Source: a virus (lineage: Duplodnaviria > Caudoviricetes). From it: a DNA stretch of 64,000 bases. The translations under genes were made by a program, and so were the position numbers. The notes beneath the pieces are model-generated. The model was given only the letters and a program-made list of their open reading frames with translations, searched no databases and was not told where the DNA came from. Shown one piece after another: positions 54,665-64,000 of this stretch (within the stretch, counting starts at the first letter, position 1; each line of letters opens with the position of its first letter). Location: the IMG/VR virus record IMGVR_UViG_3300042691_024284, positions 759 through 64,758 of that record. The stretch is one strand, 5' to 3'.

Positions 54665-56530
54665 ATGGACCAGTATCAGGAATACATTGCAGCAAGCCGT
54701 TATGCCCGTTACATCGATGACAAGGCACGTCGTGAGAATTGGAGCGAGACCGTTTGGCGTTACGTCGATTACATTTTTGCACGCACGCCGGCGATTACAG
54801 AAAACCAGGATTTAAAACACAAAGTCTATTCGGCCGTTTACAACCTTCAAGTTATGCCGTCCATGCGCGCCATGATGACGGCAGGAAAGAGCGCTGACCG
54901 TGACAATACCTGTGTCTATAACTGTTCGTATCTCCCCGTCGACGATCCGAAGTCTTTCGACGAAGCTATGTTCATCCTGCTCTGCGGTACTGGTGTCGGG
55001 TTCAGTGTTGAATCCAAATATGTTACTGAATTGCCCGAGGTGCCGGAAAAACTTTTTAACAGCGACCACACAATATCGGTCCACGACTCAAAAGAAGGCT
55101 GGGCGAAAGCGCTGAGGCTTCTGATTGCGCATCTGTACGCTGGCGAAATTCCAAAGTGGGACGTGTCTGGCGTCAGACCCGCAGGCGCGAGACTCAAAAC
55201 GTTTGGTGGCCGCGCCTCTGGCCCGGAGCCGTTGGTTGATCTGTTCCAGTTCGTTGTCAATACATTCAAACACGCAACCGGGCGCAAGCTTAACTCGCTT
55301 GAGTGTCACGACATTATGTGCAAAATCGGTGAGGTGGTTGTGGTTGGCGGCGTTCGTCGCTCTGCCATGATCTCTTTGTCAGACCTGGACGACGAAAGGA
55401 TTCGCCATGCCAAAGCTGGTCCTTGGTGGGAGACTGCTCCCCATCGTGCCCTCGCCAACAATAGCGCGGTTTACAATGAGACTCCGACGGTTGGAAAGTT
55501 TATGGAAGAGTGGTTGTCCTTATACAACTCACATTCTGGAGAACGGGGTATTTTTAATCGTGAGGCTGCGCGTAAGACCGTTTCAAAATATGGGCATCGC
55601 GATCCCAACTATGAGTTTGGAACAAACCCCTGCTCTGAAATTATTCTACGACCGTATCAATTCTGTAATCTCACAGAGGTTGTCGTCCGTGCAGATGACA
55701 CGGTGGATACGCTTAAAGATAAAGTGGAGCTGGCTACGATTCTTGGCACAATACAAGCCACGTTTACAAAGTTCCCGTATCTTCGCAAGGTCTGGCAGCG
55801 CAACACCGAAGAAGAAAGATTGCTAGGTGTATCGCTGACTGGCATTTATGACAACGACATGATGGTGCAAGGCAAAGAGGATGTGTTGTCAGTCTTGCGC
55901 GAGCATGCCAGAAAGGTGAATGAAGAATATGCCGCGCTCCTCGGAATACCTAAATCTGCTGCTATCACTTGTGTTAAACCATCAGGAACAGTATCACAAC
56001 TTGTCGATTCGGCTTCTGGAATACACCCAAGACACTCCAAGTATTACATCCGAAGAGTACGAGGAGACAAAAAGGATCCTCTCACAGCTTTCCTTATCGG
56101 ACAGGGAGTTCCATCAGAAGATTGCGTCTATAAGCCGACCCAGACTACGGTGTTTAGTTTTCCCCAAAAGGCCCCCGCTGGGATTGTCAGATCAGATGTG
56201 ACGCCAATCAGTCACCTGGAAAACTGGCTGCGCTATCAGCGGCACTGGTGTGAGCACAAGCCGTCGGTTACTATCTCCGTAGAAGAGAAAGACTGGCCTA
56301 CGGTTGGCGCGTGGGTGTGGGAGCACTTCGATGAGATTTCCGGCGTGTCTTTCCTGCCGTATGATGGAGGCACGTATCGTCAGGCGCCCTATGAGGAGTG
56401 CACTGAAGATGAGTACAACCAGCTAAAGGATAAAATGCCTACGCTGGATTGGGGCAAGTTTCGCGAAGAGACGGACAACGTCGAGGGAGCTCAAATGCTC
56501 GCTTGTGTTTCTGGGGTCTGTGAAATATGA
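54665..56530 (+). CDS. nrdJ: Class II (B12-dependent) ribonucleotide reductase, RTPR-type
   Basis: YNCSY, GTGVGFSVE, VVVGGVRRSA, TNPCSE, TCVKPSGT and C-terminal C.SG.CE; no small-subunit gene present. Confidence 0.9.
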   Translation: MDQYQEYIAASRYARYIDDKARRENWSETVWRYVDYIFARTPAITENQDLKHKVYSAVYNLQVMPSMRAMMTAGKSADRDNTCVYNCSYLPVDDPKSFDEAMFILLCGTGVGFSVESKYVTELPEVPEKLFNSDHTISVHDSKEGWAKALRLLIAHLYAGEIPKWDVSGVRPAGARLKTFGGRASGPEPLVDLFQFVVNTFKHATGRKLNSLECHDIMCKIGEVVVVGGVRRSAMISLSDLDDERIRHAKAGPWWETAPHRALANNSAVYNETPTVGKFMEEWLSLYNSHSGERGIFNREAARKTVSKYGHRDPNYEFGTNPCSEIILRPYQFCNLTEVVVRADDTVDTLKDKVELATILGTIQATFTKFPYLRKVWQRNTEEERLLGVSLTGIYDNDMMVQGKEDVLSVLREHARKVNEEYAALLGIPKSAAITCVKPSGTVSQLVDSASGIHPRHSKYYIRRVRGDKKDPLTAFLIGQGVPSEDCVYKPTQTTVFSFPQKAPAGIVRSDVTPISHLENWLRYQRHWCEHKPSVTISVEEKDWPTVGAWVWEHFDEISGVSFLPYDGGTYRQAPYEECTEDEYNQLKDKMPTLDWGKFREETDNVEGAQMLACVSGVCEI

Positions 56531-56554
56531 TTTGTGGTGCATGGTGAGTAGCTT

Positions 56555-56650
56555 GTAGGGGGCGTCAGGCAGGCGTCAAAGGATGTGGCAAGCGGTGTAT
56601 TTTCCTGCCTTCATAACCGCGTGTTGTAGCCACTAAATTTGGTCCCCTAT
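56555..56650 (+). ncRNA. Putative pseudoknotted structured RNA
   Basis: Four complementary segment pairs, one crossing; followed by a U-tract. Confidence 0.45.
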
Positions 56651-56691
56651 TTTTTTAACGCCGATACGTCGGTTTGCCTTAGGAGCATGAT

Positions 56692-58590
56692 ATGGCTGTT
56701 ATTGCATCAATCGATTTTGAAACTCGTAGCACCGTAGATTTACCGGAATTTGGTCTTGATAAGTATTGCAAAGACCGCACCACAGAAGTTATCTGCATGG
56801 CGTATTCCATCGACGGAAACGCCGTCCGCATCTGGACACCGGATCAAACGCCGCCCGAGTGGCTCTTTGATCCGGACACCAAATTCACAGCGTGGAACGC
56901 AGCGTTTGAAGTCAACATCATGCGCCACGTACTCAAGATCCCAGTCAGCTGGAATCAATTCACCGACAGCATGGCCCTGGCCGCGGCCAACAATCTTCCG
57001 CAGTCTTTGGAAGAGTGCGCGCTCGTGCTCAAAGTAACTGAGCAGAAAGATCCTACCGGCAAGCGGCTGATCCAGAAACTATCAAAACCCAAACGCAACG
57101 GGCAGTTTGAGAATGATTCTCTTTTGCTTGCGCAGATGTACGAGTACTGCAAGCAGGACGTGCGAACCGAGATGGCCGTGGCTAAGGAGCTGCGGGCTCT
57201 GCCAGAAAAAGAGCAGCGCGTTTGGGAAGTTACTCAGATGATTAATGACCGCGGGGTGCCAGTAGATCCGATGGAGCTTGGCAATGCGATTGCAGCCGTT
57301 GTGACTAACAAGGCTACGATTGAAGCAGAGATTACTACTCTGACTGGCGGCATCACTGCCAATCAACCGGCGAAGTTAGCTGAGATCCTCCGTAAGTCCG
57401 GGATCATGGTTGACGACCTCACCGCTGAGACGGTTACTAAACTCCTTGCAAACCCCGATGTACCAGCCAAGATCAGGCGGATTCTCGAGCTGCGGCGTCT
57501 CGGTTCGCTCACCAGCGTAGCCAAGTATGAAAAGATGCTCGAAGTTCAAGTCGGGGGGCGTATCCGCAACACGCTCGTTTACCACGGCGCCTCCACCGGC
57601 CGCTTCGCTTCCAGGGGCGGGCTTAACCTTCAAAACCTGGCGCGACCGACATTAGACGATAAGGCCATAGAAGAGGCTGTAGGGCGGGTTTTGGTGCAGG
57701 GTAGGGGCGGCACCATGGATGAGCTTTCCAGCCTCGTACGGAGCGCTATAAAGGCTCCTAGGGGGTTTACTTTTGTGGACGCTGACTTCTCGAGTATAGA
57801 GAACAGGGTTGCGTCTTGGATCTCCGGCCAGAAAGACAAGGTGGAGTTGTTCCGTGAGGGGTTAGACGAATACAAAACGTTCGCTGCAAATAGTTTGTAT
57901 AGGGTGCCGTACGAAGAAGTTACGAAAGACATGCGCCAGGTTTCTAAGTCGGCTGTCCTCGGGTGTATGTTTGGGCAGGGTGCTCGGGGGTTGGTTGAGT
58001 ACGCCGATGGGATGGGCGTCAAGCTATCGCTAGATGAGAGTGAGCGCGCTGTGCGAGCTTACCGTGAGGAGTACCACATGGTTAAGGCAACGTGGTACGA
58101 TTACGAAGCTTGTGCGGTACAAGCTATACAAAACCCCAACGAGGGATTTAAGGCAGGCAAGGTAGCCTTCAAGGTTGCCAAAAGCGCGCTGTGGATGCAG
58201 CTACCCAGCGGGCGGCTTATCTGCTGGCGAGATCCGCAAGTCGAGGACCAGCTGACTCCCTGGGGTGCTGTCCGGCCCGGCATCGTGGTCTTTAACCAAA
58301 ACACTTTTACTCGGAAGTGGGGCCGAAACAAGCTTATTGGATCGAGTATATTTCAGAGTGCTGTGCAAGCTACCGCCAGGGATATGCTTACCGAGGCTAT
58401 GCTTGCGCTTGACGAAGAAAGATTTGAAGTGGTCAACAGCGTTCACGACGAAGTTCTCCTGCTGGTTAAGGAGGCAGATGCAGAGTCCGCCTTGGGACGG
58501 GTGATCGAGATCATGACCACTCCTCCCAAATGGGCTCTTGACTTTCCTTTAGCCGCTGAAGGCTGGCAAGGCAAACGCTACAGGAAGTAG
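56692..58590 (+). CDS. DNA polymerase family A with 3'-5' exonuclease
   Basis: DFET, AWNAAFE, YCKQDV, DFSSIE.R, R...K.AVLG.MFG and VHDE motifs. Confidence 0.95.
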   Translation: MAVIASIDFETRSTVDLPEFGLDKYCKDRTTEVICMAYSIDGNAVRIWTPDQTPPEWLFDPDTKFTAWNAAFEVNIMRHVLKIPVSWNQFTDSMALAAANNLPQSLEECALVLKVTEQKDPTGKRLIQKLSKPKRNGQFENDSLLLAQMYEYCKQDVRTEMAVAKELRALPEKEQRVWEVTQMINDRGVPVDPMELGNAIAAVVTNKATIEAEITTLTGGITANQPAKLAEILRKSGIMVDDLTAETVTKLLANPDVPAKIRRILELRRLGSLTSVAKYEKMLEVQVGGRIRNTLVYHGASTGRFASRGGLNLQNLARPTLDDKAIEEAVGRVLVQGRGGTMDELSSLVRSAIKAPRGFTFVDADFSSIENRVASWISGQKDKVELFREGLDEYKTFAANSLYRVPYEEVTKDMRQVSKSAVLGCMFGQGARGLVEYADGMGVKLSLDESERAVRAYREEYHMVKATWYDYEACAVQAIQNPNEGFKAGKVAFKVAKSALWMQLPSGRLICWRDPQVEDQLTPWGAVRPGIVVFNQNTFTRKWGRNKLIGSSIFQSAVQATARDMLTEAMLALDEERFEVVNSVHDEVLLLVKEADAESALGRVIEIMTTPPKWALDFPLAAEGWQGKRYRK

Positions 58591-58591
58591 T

Positions 58592-60634
58592 TTAGCAGTC
58601 CCACTTCCTGAGCGACAGGGCCTTGCGTGTTGGACGACCTTTCTCGTCCTTCATAGGCCCTGGCATGCCAGACATCCTGGCACAGAATGATTTCCTACGT
58701 GCGGCTTTGGCAGGCGACTTCTTTGCAGCCTCAGCACTAACCGGCGGCTTTAGTGTGCCGCCGGTTTCGCGCTTATATGACGCCCTGCCTGCGGCGTTTA
58801 ACCCACCCTCTGGGTTCTTTCCCTCTTTGCGCTGCCACGCTGGTGTAGAGCCGCCTTCTTTGCGCTCGATGATCTGCGAGGACATAACATCCAGCGGGCT
58901 TAACTCGCGCGCCTGGGTGGTGACATACTCGCGATTAAGCTGATCAATTGGCAGTGAGTGGCCATACTTGCGGCCTGCAAACGGATCTACCAGCACGGTC
59001 TCTAAGCCGGGCTTCTGGCCCGTCTGCGCAGCACGTTTGTCTGCGTAGTACTCAGCCACCCGACGTTGGGGCGACACAAAGACACGCTCTTTATCTGGCG
59101 CGCCAGCAAAGCCGCGGTACATTTGCTGTAGCATCTTGGCAGTCTGGCCTCCGCCGGCCATCTCTTCTACCTCACCACCCTCTGCCTTCTTTTGAATTAG
59201 TGCTCCCGCAGGACCTAATTTTAAGCGATTTATATCGTAGCCTTCTCCGAGCACATATTTAAGATAATCTTCGAGTTCGGTCGGAGTGAAGCCCTTTTGA
59301 TAAGTGCCGGTTCCGGTGATAAAAGATACTGGTTCCGGACCTGGAGTCCCGCGCTTTGTTCGCAACACATCCATACCACGAGTTGTCACAATTCCAGAAG
59401 CTCCTGGCTCCATAACCCGACCAATGTTTTTGACTGCCTCGGCCCTAGATTCTGGATTTAATACGTTAAGAACATTCAAATTTAAAAGCCGGTTATATGC
59501 TTCTGACGGAATATCTTCAGGTCTTGTAAAGTCCGGCGTCCATTTGCCTCTATCAAACGGCTCATAAGTATGAAATTTTCCGGACATTACTTTCACACCT
59601 TCACCAAGCCCCGCGCCGTAATCTAAACCAAGGCCTTGCGCGCCAAGAGTATTTAAAATTTCATTTGCTTTTCGATAAGTGGGAATTGTGCCTGGTATTT
59701 GTGTTTCTCCCGCTTTTTCTGCGGCAGGAAAAGCAAACTTTTTAATTGCTTCAGTTACGGATTTCCCCTTCGCCATGTGGGCTAATCCTCCCTCAGCCAT
59801 GGGATTGTTTACCCCACCGGTTTCTTTTTTCTCTTCTTCTTTGTCGCCCATTATGCCAAGCAATAAAGGCGCGCCTGCTGCCAGCGCCGTGCCGCCAATA
59901 CGGGTGAGTGGGTGTGGGATGAAAGATAAAGCGGAACCTAACGCGCCAAGCCCACTAATGACTCCGCCGCTTACATCACCCTCACGTAATCTGTTTATTG
60001 CATCCGCAGCTTGGAATCCCGTGCTCGCTCCGGCTGCGCCTCGAGCCATCCAAGCGGGAAACTTGCTTGCTGCGCCTTCAGCAGCGCGCACTGCTGTTTG
60101 AGCTGAGGGAGGAAGCTTTTGCGACAGAGGGGCATTTTTGGCACGCATGCGAGCTTCCATCTCTTCACGCGCTTTTTGAGCTTGATAGTCAGCAATTGTT
60201 AAAGGCTTGTCTTTGGTAATAGTTTTTGATATTTTGCCTTCACCAATCGGAGCTTGTCTTGCTTTTAGCTCATCTACAACTTCACGAACCGTTTCGCCAG
60301 GTCCGGCACCGTAACCTGTTTTAGCAATATATTTTTGGCCGGGGGCTCGCGGATCTACCGCGCCAACGCCTGGTGCAGCAGGACCTCGCAACGCAGCCCG
60401 GCCCGCCTCAGTAACCATCGGCCCTAAAGCCAACCCACCAACAGCGCCAACACCACCCCACAGCAAAGGGTCCTGTGCAGACACGCCAAGCTTATCAGCC
60501 ATCTGGCTGACAAAACCGGGCTGTGCAGACATTTGCGCAGCAATACTCTCTACAGTTTTTTGTTGTTGATCTGGAGGTAGATTGGCAAAGCTGTCGTCTA
60601 CTTCGACAATACGGCCATTAATTTCTAATTTCAT
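58592..60634 (-). CDS. Multidomain internal virion protein (MTase-like, ART-like and DUF6321-like domains)
   Basis: LDYGAGLG; YRG...F.SP....A..YA; WQRKEGKNPEGGLN...RRKSFCARM; start at a TAATG overlap. Confidence 0.7.
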   Translation of the reverse strand: MKLEINGRIVEVDDSFANLPPDQQQKTVESIAAQMSAQPGFVSQMADKLGVSAQDPLLWGGVGAVGGLALGPMVTEAGRAALRGPAAPGVGAVDPRAPGQKYIAKTGYGAGPGETVREVVDELKARQAPIGEGKISKTITKDKPLTIADYQAQKAREEMEARMRAKNAPLSQKLPPSAQTAVRAAEGAASKFPAWMARGAAGASTGFQAADAINRLREGDVSGGVISGLGALGSALSFIPHPLTRIGGTALAAGAPLLLGIMGDKEEEKKETGGVNNPMAEGGLAHMAKGKSVTEAIKKFAFPAAEKAGETQIPGTIPTYRKANEILNTLGAQGLGLDYGAGLGEGVKVMSGKFHTYEPFDRGKWTPDFTRPEDIPSEAYNRLLNLNVLNVLNPESRAEAVKNIGRVMEPGASGIVTTRGMDVLRTKRGTPGPEPVSFITGTGTYQKGFTPTELEDYLKYVLGEGYDINRLKLGPAGALIQKKAEGGEVEEMAGGGQTAKMLQQMYRGFAGAPDKERVFVSPQRRVAEYYADKRAAQTGQKPGLETVLVDPFAGRKYGHSLPIDQLNREYVTTQARELSPLDVMSSQIIERKEGGSTPAWQRKEGKNPEGGLNAAGRASYKRETGGTLKPPVSAEAAKKSPAKAARRKSFCARMSGMPGPMKDEKGRPTRKALSLRKWDC

Positions 60635-62460
60635 TATGGTACTACCCTCCACTTTAATCCGCCGGGGGCGGTTCCGGACTTCGGCGCGCCAGCAGGCGGC
60701 TGCGGGGGAAAGGCAACTTTCTCTCGCTGAATTTGCCGCAACCTTTCCTCGTATGCCTTGACCGCATCTTTGTATTGATCTGTTGCTTTAAATTGAGAAT
60801 AAGTCATGCCAGATGCTCGACGGCTATACATCTCCCCAAGCTTTTGATCTAATTCAGCACGAGCCATCAAACTTTGTTGAATCTTAATAATGTTTTCTGG
60901 TGTCGAGCGAATTGAACCGGCAACTTGTTGCAAGAGCGTACGCTCAAACTCAGTAACCTGGCCTTGTCCCTTAATAATTGTAGACAAGTGGAAAGCTGTT
61001 TTCTCAAGCAGTGTGCGTAGACGATCTCGAGCGGCAATGTCTTCTGGCTTGGTGCCCGGTCTTGCGCGGAATATGGCCTCATCAAGATCCTTCATGCCGA
61101 TGGAATGACCACCGGAGATAGACATGCCGGACTGTAGCAGAGTTGCAAGCGCGCTAGCCACACCCTGGTTTTGCAGAATGCCAACTATTTGCGGACGCTG
61201 TTTTGTGATGTCAATAATTTCTCTGGCTGTTTCTATGCGATCAACCGCTACAGGAGCTTCTGTGGCTGTTAAAAAAGCTTCAAATTGTTTTGCTTCTTTT
61301 TCAGCGATGCCTCTGCGCTCTTCTTTTTCTGCCTCTAAACGAGCGCGCGCCTCGGGCAAGGTAAGTCTTGGCTGCGGCGCGGGAGCTTGTGCAACTTGAG
61401 TAGGAGCTGCAGGAGCCGCCGGAGCTGCTGGTGCTGCGGCAGGTTGACCAGAAACTGGAACCATCCCCTCATTTGCTTGCGCAAAAGCTCGCTGACGAAT
61501 TTCAAGCGGGTAATTATTAAACCTTTCTGCAATGTCAGCTCTTCGCAAAGTGTCGCGGGGATCCACGCCCATCGACCTCATTTGATTTTCCAACCCAGCA
61601 ATCTGCTGTTCACTTAGATTTTCAAATTTAAATTGATCGCCAGTTTGAGTAATTGGACGAGCTGCAGGAGTCGGAGCCGGTGCCGGAGCTGGTGTAGGAG
61701 CTGGCGCTGGCCCTGCCGCGGGTGCGGGAGCGGGACCTGCAGTCGGGGTTCGAGATGGCGCCGGAGCTGGTGTAGGAGCTGCGGCGGGCGGAAGAATAAC
61801 TCCCTGACCACTCTCAGCCATACGTCGAGCAACTGTAGCGTCAACGGATTCAATTCTCCCATCCGGCAACACAACATCACGTAAGGTGGTATAAGTTGAC
61901 GGATTTGTTATAAACTTAATTTCTTCCGTCATTTTGGTTTTACGATAATTATCCAAAATGGCTTGAGCACCAGCAACGTCACCGAGCCCAATCTTTTCAT
62001 TTATTGCCTGTAAGACTTCAGCTGGCATCTGGCCAACACCGGGGGCGCCAGCCATGCCAGGGGCTCCGGGTCGACTTAAACCTTGCAAAAATTCTGCTTG
62101 CTTAGCAAGCTGCTGTTGCTGCGCTTTAGCCGCAGCAATCTGAGAGCGCATTTGAAATAGCTCTGCTGCGCGATCTTCTTTTTCTTGCGAGCGGCGGCGC
62201 ACTGTCTCGAGCGTTGTGCCCGGCTTTTCTGTTCCGCCCCACGCCAGCACGTCTTTAATGTATTCTTGAAATGGGCTCTGTGCAGCAATGCGCTGCTGAT
62301 AAATGCGCTCCATGTCCTCCAAAATGGAAGACGGCATGACGCCAGTGGTTGGAGCAACAGGCAGCACATATCTCGCCGTTTTTGGCGCGGCCACGGGCTT
62401 ACCTTGAATTACTGGCTGCTCGGGTTCTTGCGGCAGACCACCTGTTAATTGATCAGCCAT
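60634..62460 (-). CDS. Putative ejection/internal virion protein
   Basis: 608 aa helical with AP linkers; KGQGQVTEFER motif. Confidence 0.65.
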   Translation of the reverse strand: MADQLTGGLPQEPEQPVIQGKPVAAPKTARYVLPVAPTTGVMPSSILEDMERIYQQRIAAQSPFQEYIKDVLAWGGTEKPGTTLETVRRRSQEKEDRAAELFQMRSQIAAAKAQQQQLAKQAEFLQGLSRPGAPGMAGAPGVGQMPAEVLQAINEKIGLGDVAGAQAILDNYRKTKMTEEIKFITNPSTYTTLRDVVLPDGRIESVDATVARRMAESGQGVILPPAAAPTPAPAPSRTPTAGPAPAPAAGPAPAPTPAPAPAPTPAARPITQTGDQFKFENLSEQQIAGLENQMRSMGVDPRDTLRRADIAERFNNYPLEIRQRAFAQANEGMVPVSGQPAAAPAAPAAPAAPTQVAQAPAPQPRLTLPEARARLEAEKEERRGIAEKEAKQFEAFLTATEAPVAVDRIETAREIIDITKQRPQIVGILQNQGVASALATLLQSGMSISGGHSIGMKDLDEAIFRARPGTKPEDIAARDRLRTLLEKTAFHLSTIIKGQGQVTEFERTLLQQVAGSIRSTPENIIKIQQSLMARAELDQKLGEMYSRRASGMTYSQFKATDQYKDAVKAYEERLRQIQREKVAFPPQPPAGAPKSGTAPGGLKWRVVP

Positions 62461-63290
62461 TATTCGCCCTCGCTTGTTGAATAAGCATCAGGATAACTGC
62501 TGCCACCAGAACCACCAAGCCCTTTCACCCAGTCAAACACGCCGGTTAAACCACCTTTAATATTGCTTAACTGTGTGGGAAGGCCTCCGATAAGAGTGCC
62601 TAACCCACCAATTTGACCAAGCAAACTAAGCTCTTTTTCTTGCTCTGTAGTTTTGCCTGTGTACGGGCCAATTCGGCCGTAGATGTTAGCCAGGTTAACA
62701 AGATTGGTAAACGGGTATGCTTGCTCAAATGTGCCTGTCTCAAGCGCGCCTTTAGCTAATTGAGATCCGAGCGTGCCAAGTCCGGCGCCAGCTTGAACTC
62801 CAGTTTGTTGTGCTTGTAATGCCGAAGACATTTGTTTCTGGAATAGATCAGACGCTGCCGCAGCTCGAGCTCTTTGAATTGCCGACAAATTCATGCGCCC
62901 ACCAAAACCGCCGCCAGCAATAGATTTAGCAGTTTCTTCGGCGGTGATGTCAGGAAGAATTTGATTTAGATAAGCTTGTTGCGCGCTAAACAAACCGCCT
63001 AATGGGGTTTTGACATCGGGTCGAACCGTTGTTTTTCCCGTTGCATCAGTGGAAGTAATCCATGGATTTGCAGCACCAGATCCAATAGCTTGTAGTGTGG
63101 TCTGGGCAGAAGAAAAAGGGCCTTGAGCGCCAAACACATCAATTGCTTTTTGAGCCGTTGTTTGGCCAATAGGAGGCGTTGTTGCTGCTTGAGCCCCTTT
63201 AACAAGTCCTTCTTGCGCGGTCGTAAACCAAGAAGGCATCGTCTCCTTGGTTATTGCGGTATCGGTTAAATAGTCGCTAAGTCCTGCCAT
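62460..63290 (-). CDS. Putative DNA-transfer/pilot protein
   Basis: 276 aa Gly/Ala/Gln-rich; GGFGG.M motif. Confidence 0.6.
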   Translation of the reverse strand: MAGLSDYLTDTAITKETMPSWFTTAQEGLVKGAQAATTPPIGQTTAQKAIDVFGAQGPFSSAQTTLQAIGSGAANPWITSTDATGKTTVRPDVKTPLGGLFSAQQAYLNQILPDITAEETAKSIAGGGFGGRMNLSAIQRARAAAASDLFQKQMSSALQAQQTGVQAGAGLGTLGSQLAKGALETGTFEQAYPFTNLVNLANIYGRIGPYTGKTTEQEKELSLLGQIGGLGTLIGGLPTQLSNIKGGLTGVFDWVKGLGGSGGSSYPDAYSTSEGE

Positions 63291-63999
63291 TTTTAGTCTT
63301 CTTTCTTGCTTTGGTTAACGCTTCCTCAAGATACGCAAGAGGGCCCTTGCTGTCTTCTGGTAGCTTATTAGACGGCGCGCTTCGTTTATGCGCACGAATT
63401 ACTTCCATAAATTCATCCAGTACTCCAGCTCCAGCGTCGTTGTCACCATTTCCAAGGTTAGAAACAACATCGGCAGGGATAACAAACTCGCCGCTTGCCA
63501 ACATAGCAGGCACGCTATCGCTGGTCCCATCTCCGTCGCCTTTGACGTAACGGTTAGCCATATAGGAGGCTCCGCCTTCTGAGTAAAACTCTGGCTTGTG
63601 GTCAATTAAACCTCCGTGCTTGGCTTGCTGAACATCAACATTGTAGTAATACTTATTCTTTTCTTCCTCTTCTTTTTGCTTTTCTCTTTCTCTTTCTTTT
63701 TCATCGAGATAGTCAAAGAAGGCTCCTTCCGCAGCGGCAAGCTGCGTTGGCTGTAAAGATTCTGCTCCTCCGGTTATTTCCTCTAAAGTTTTAACCAGTT
63801 TAATGTCCGGGCTGGCTGGCAATTCGCGAGGCTTTAAGAAATCGGTTTCTCTGGCCCCAAACGAAGCTATTAAAGGCGCTGCCCTGGAAGCCAGTGTTGG
63901 CATCGTTGTCGAAGTCGGAGCGGGTGCAGGGGCCGGAGCGGGTGCAGGGGCTGGAGCCGGAGCGGGTGCAGGGGCTGGAGCCGGAGCGGGTGCAGGGGC
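63277..63999 (-). CDS. C-terminal part of a large protein with GDGDGTSD.VPAML..GEFVIPADVV domain (starts beyond right edge)
   Basis: Frame stays open upstream of the track start through the (AP)n tract. Confidence 0.75.
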   Translation of the reverse strand, partial: APAPAPAPAPAPAPAPAPAPAPAPAPAPTSTTMPTLASRAAPLIASFGARETDFLKPRELPASPDIKLVKTLEEITGGAESLQPTQLAAAEGAFFDYLDEKEREREKQKEEEEKNKYYYNVDVQQAKHGGLIDHKPEFYSEGGASYMANRYVKGDGDGTSDSVPAMLASGEFVIPADVVSNLGNGDNDAGAGVLDEFMEVIRAHKRSAPSNKLPEDSKGPLAYLEEALTKARKKTKNGRT

Positions 64000-64000
64000 T
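63914..64000. repeat. Tandem repeat encoding (Ala-Pro)n
   Basis: Repeated GGAGCGGGTGCAGGGGC units. Confidence 0.85.

Overview
This window is almost an entire lytic-looking tailed dsDNA phage genome (podovirus-like, no integrase or repressor seen). The host is probably a betaproteobacterium; this is inferred from the SlmA-, PhaR-, sigma54- and Fur-type sites it carries. The minus strand at 1-35.3 kb and 58.6-64 kb carries virion genes: TerL, portal, GroES-like chaperonin, scaffold, capsid, an SG-repeat collagen-like fibre with a glycosyltransferase cluster, three Gly-rich fibre modules, lysis genes, tail proteins and internal proteins. The plus strand at 36.2-58.6 kb carries early genes, a region-4-less sigma factor, primase-helicase, SNF2 helicase, a displaced TerS-like gene, DUF2800 nuclease, SSB, class II RNR and a family A polymerase. 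The most striking features are mostly non-coding. (1) A ~570-bp array of host-protein binding sites sits at the strand switch (3 DnaA boxes, alternating PhaR-like and SlmA sites, 5 sigma54 sites). (2) Three hammerhead ribozymes lie at early gene junctions. (3) An 81-nt tmRNA-like RNA has only the tRNA-like domain. (4) Two ~110-nt ACCA-terminated hairpin RNAs lie in the early region. (5) Two inverted ~220-bp origin-like elements with IHF sites bracket the early region. In addition, an xAxGG peptide motif recurs in several putative internal virion proteins and suggests a polyprotein processing or packaging system. All calls come from reading the sequence; no searches were run.
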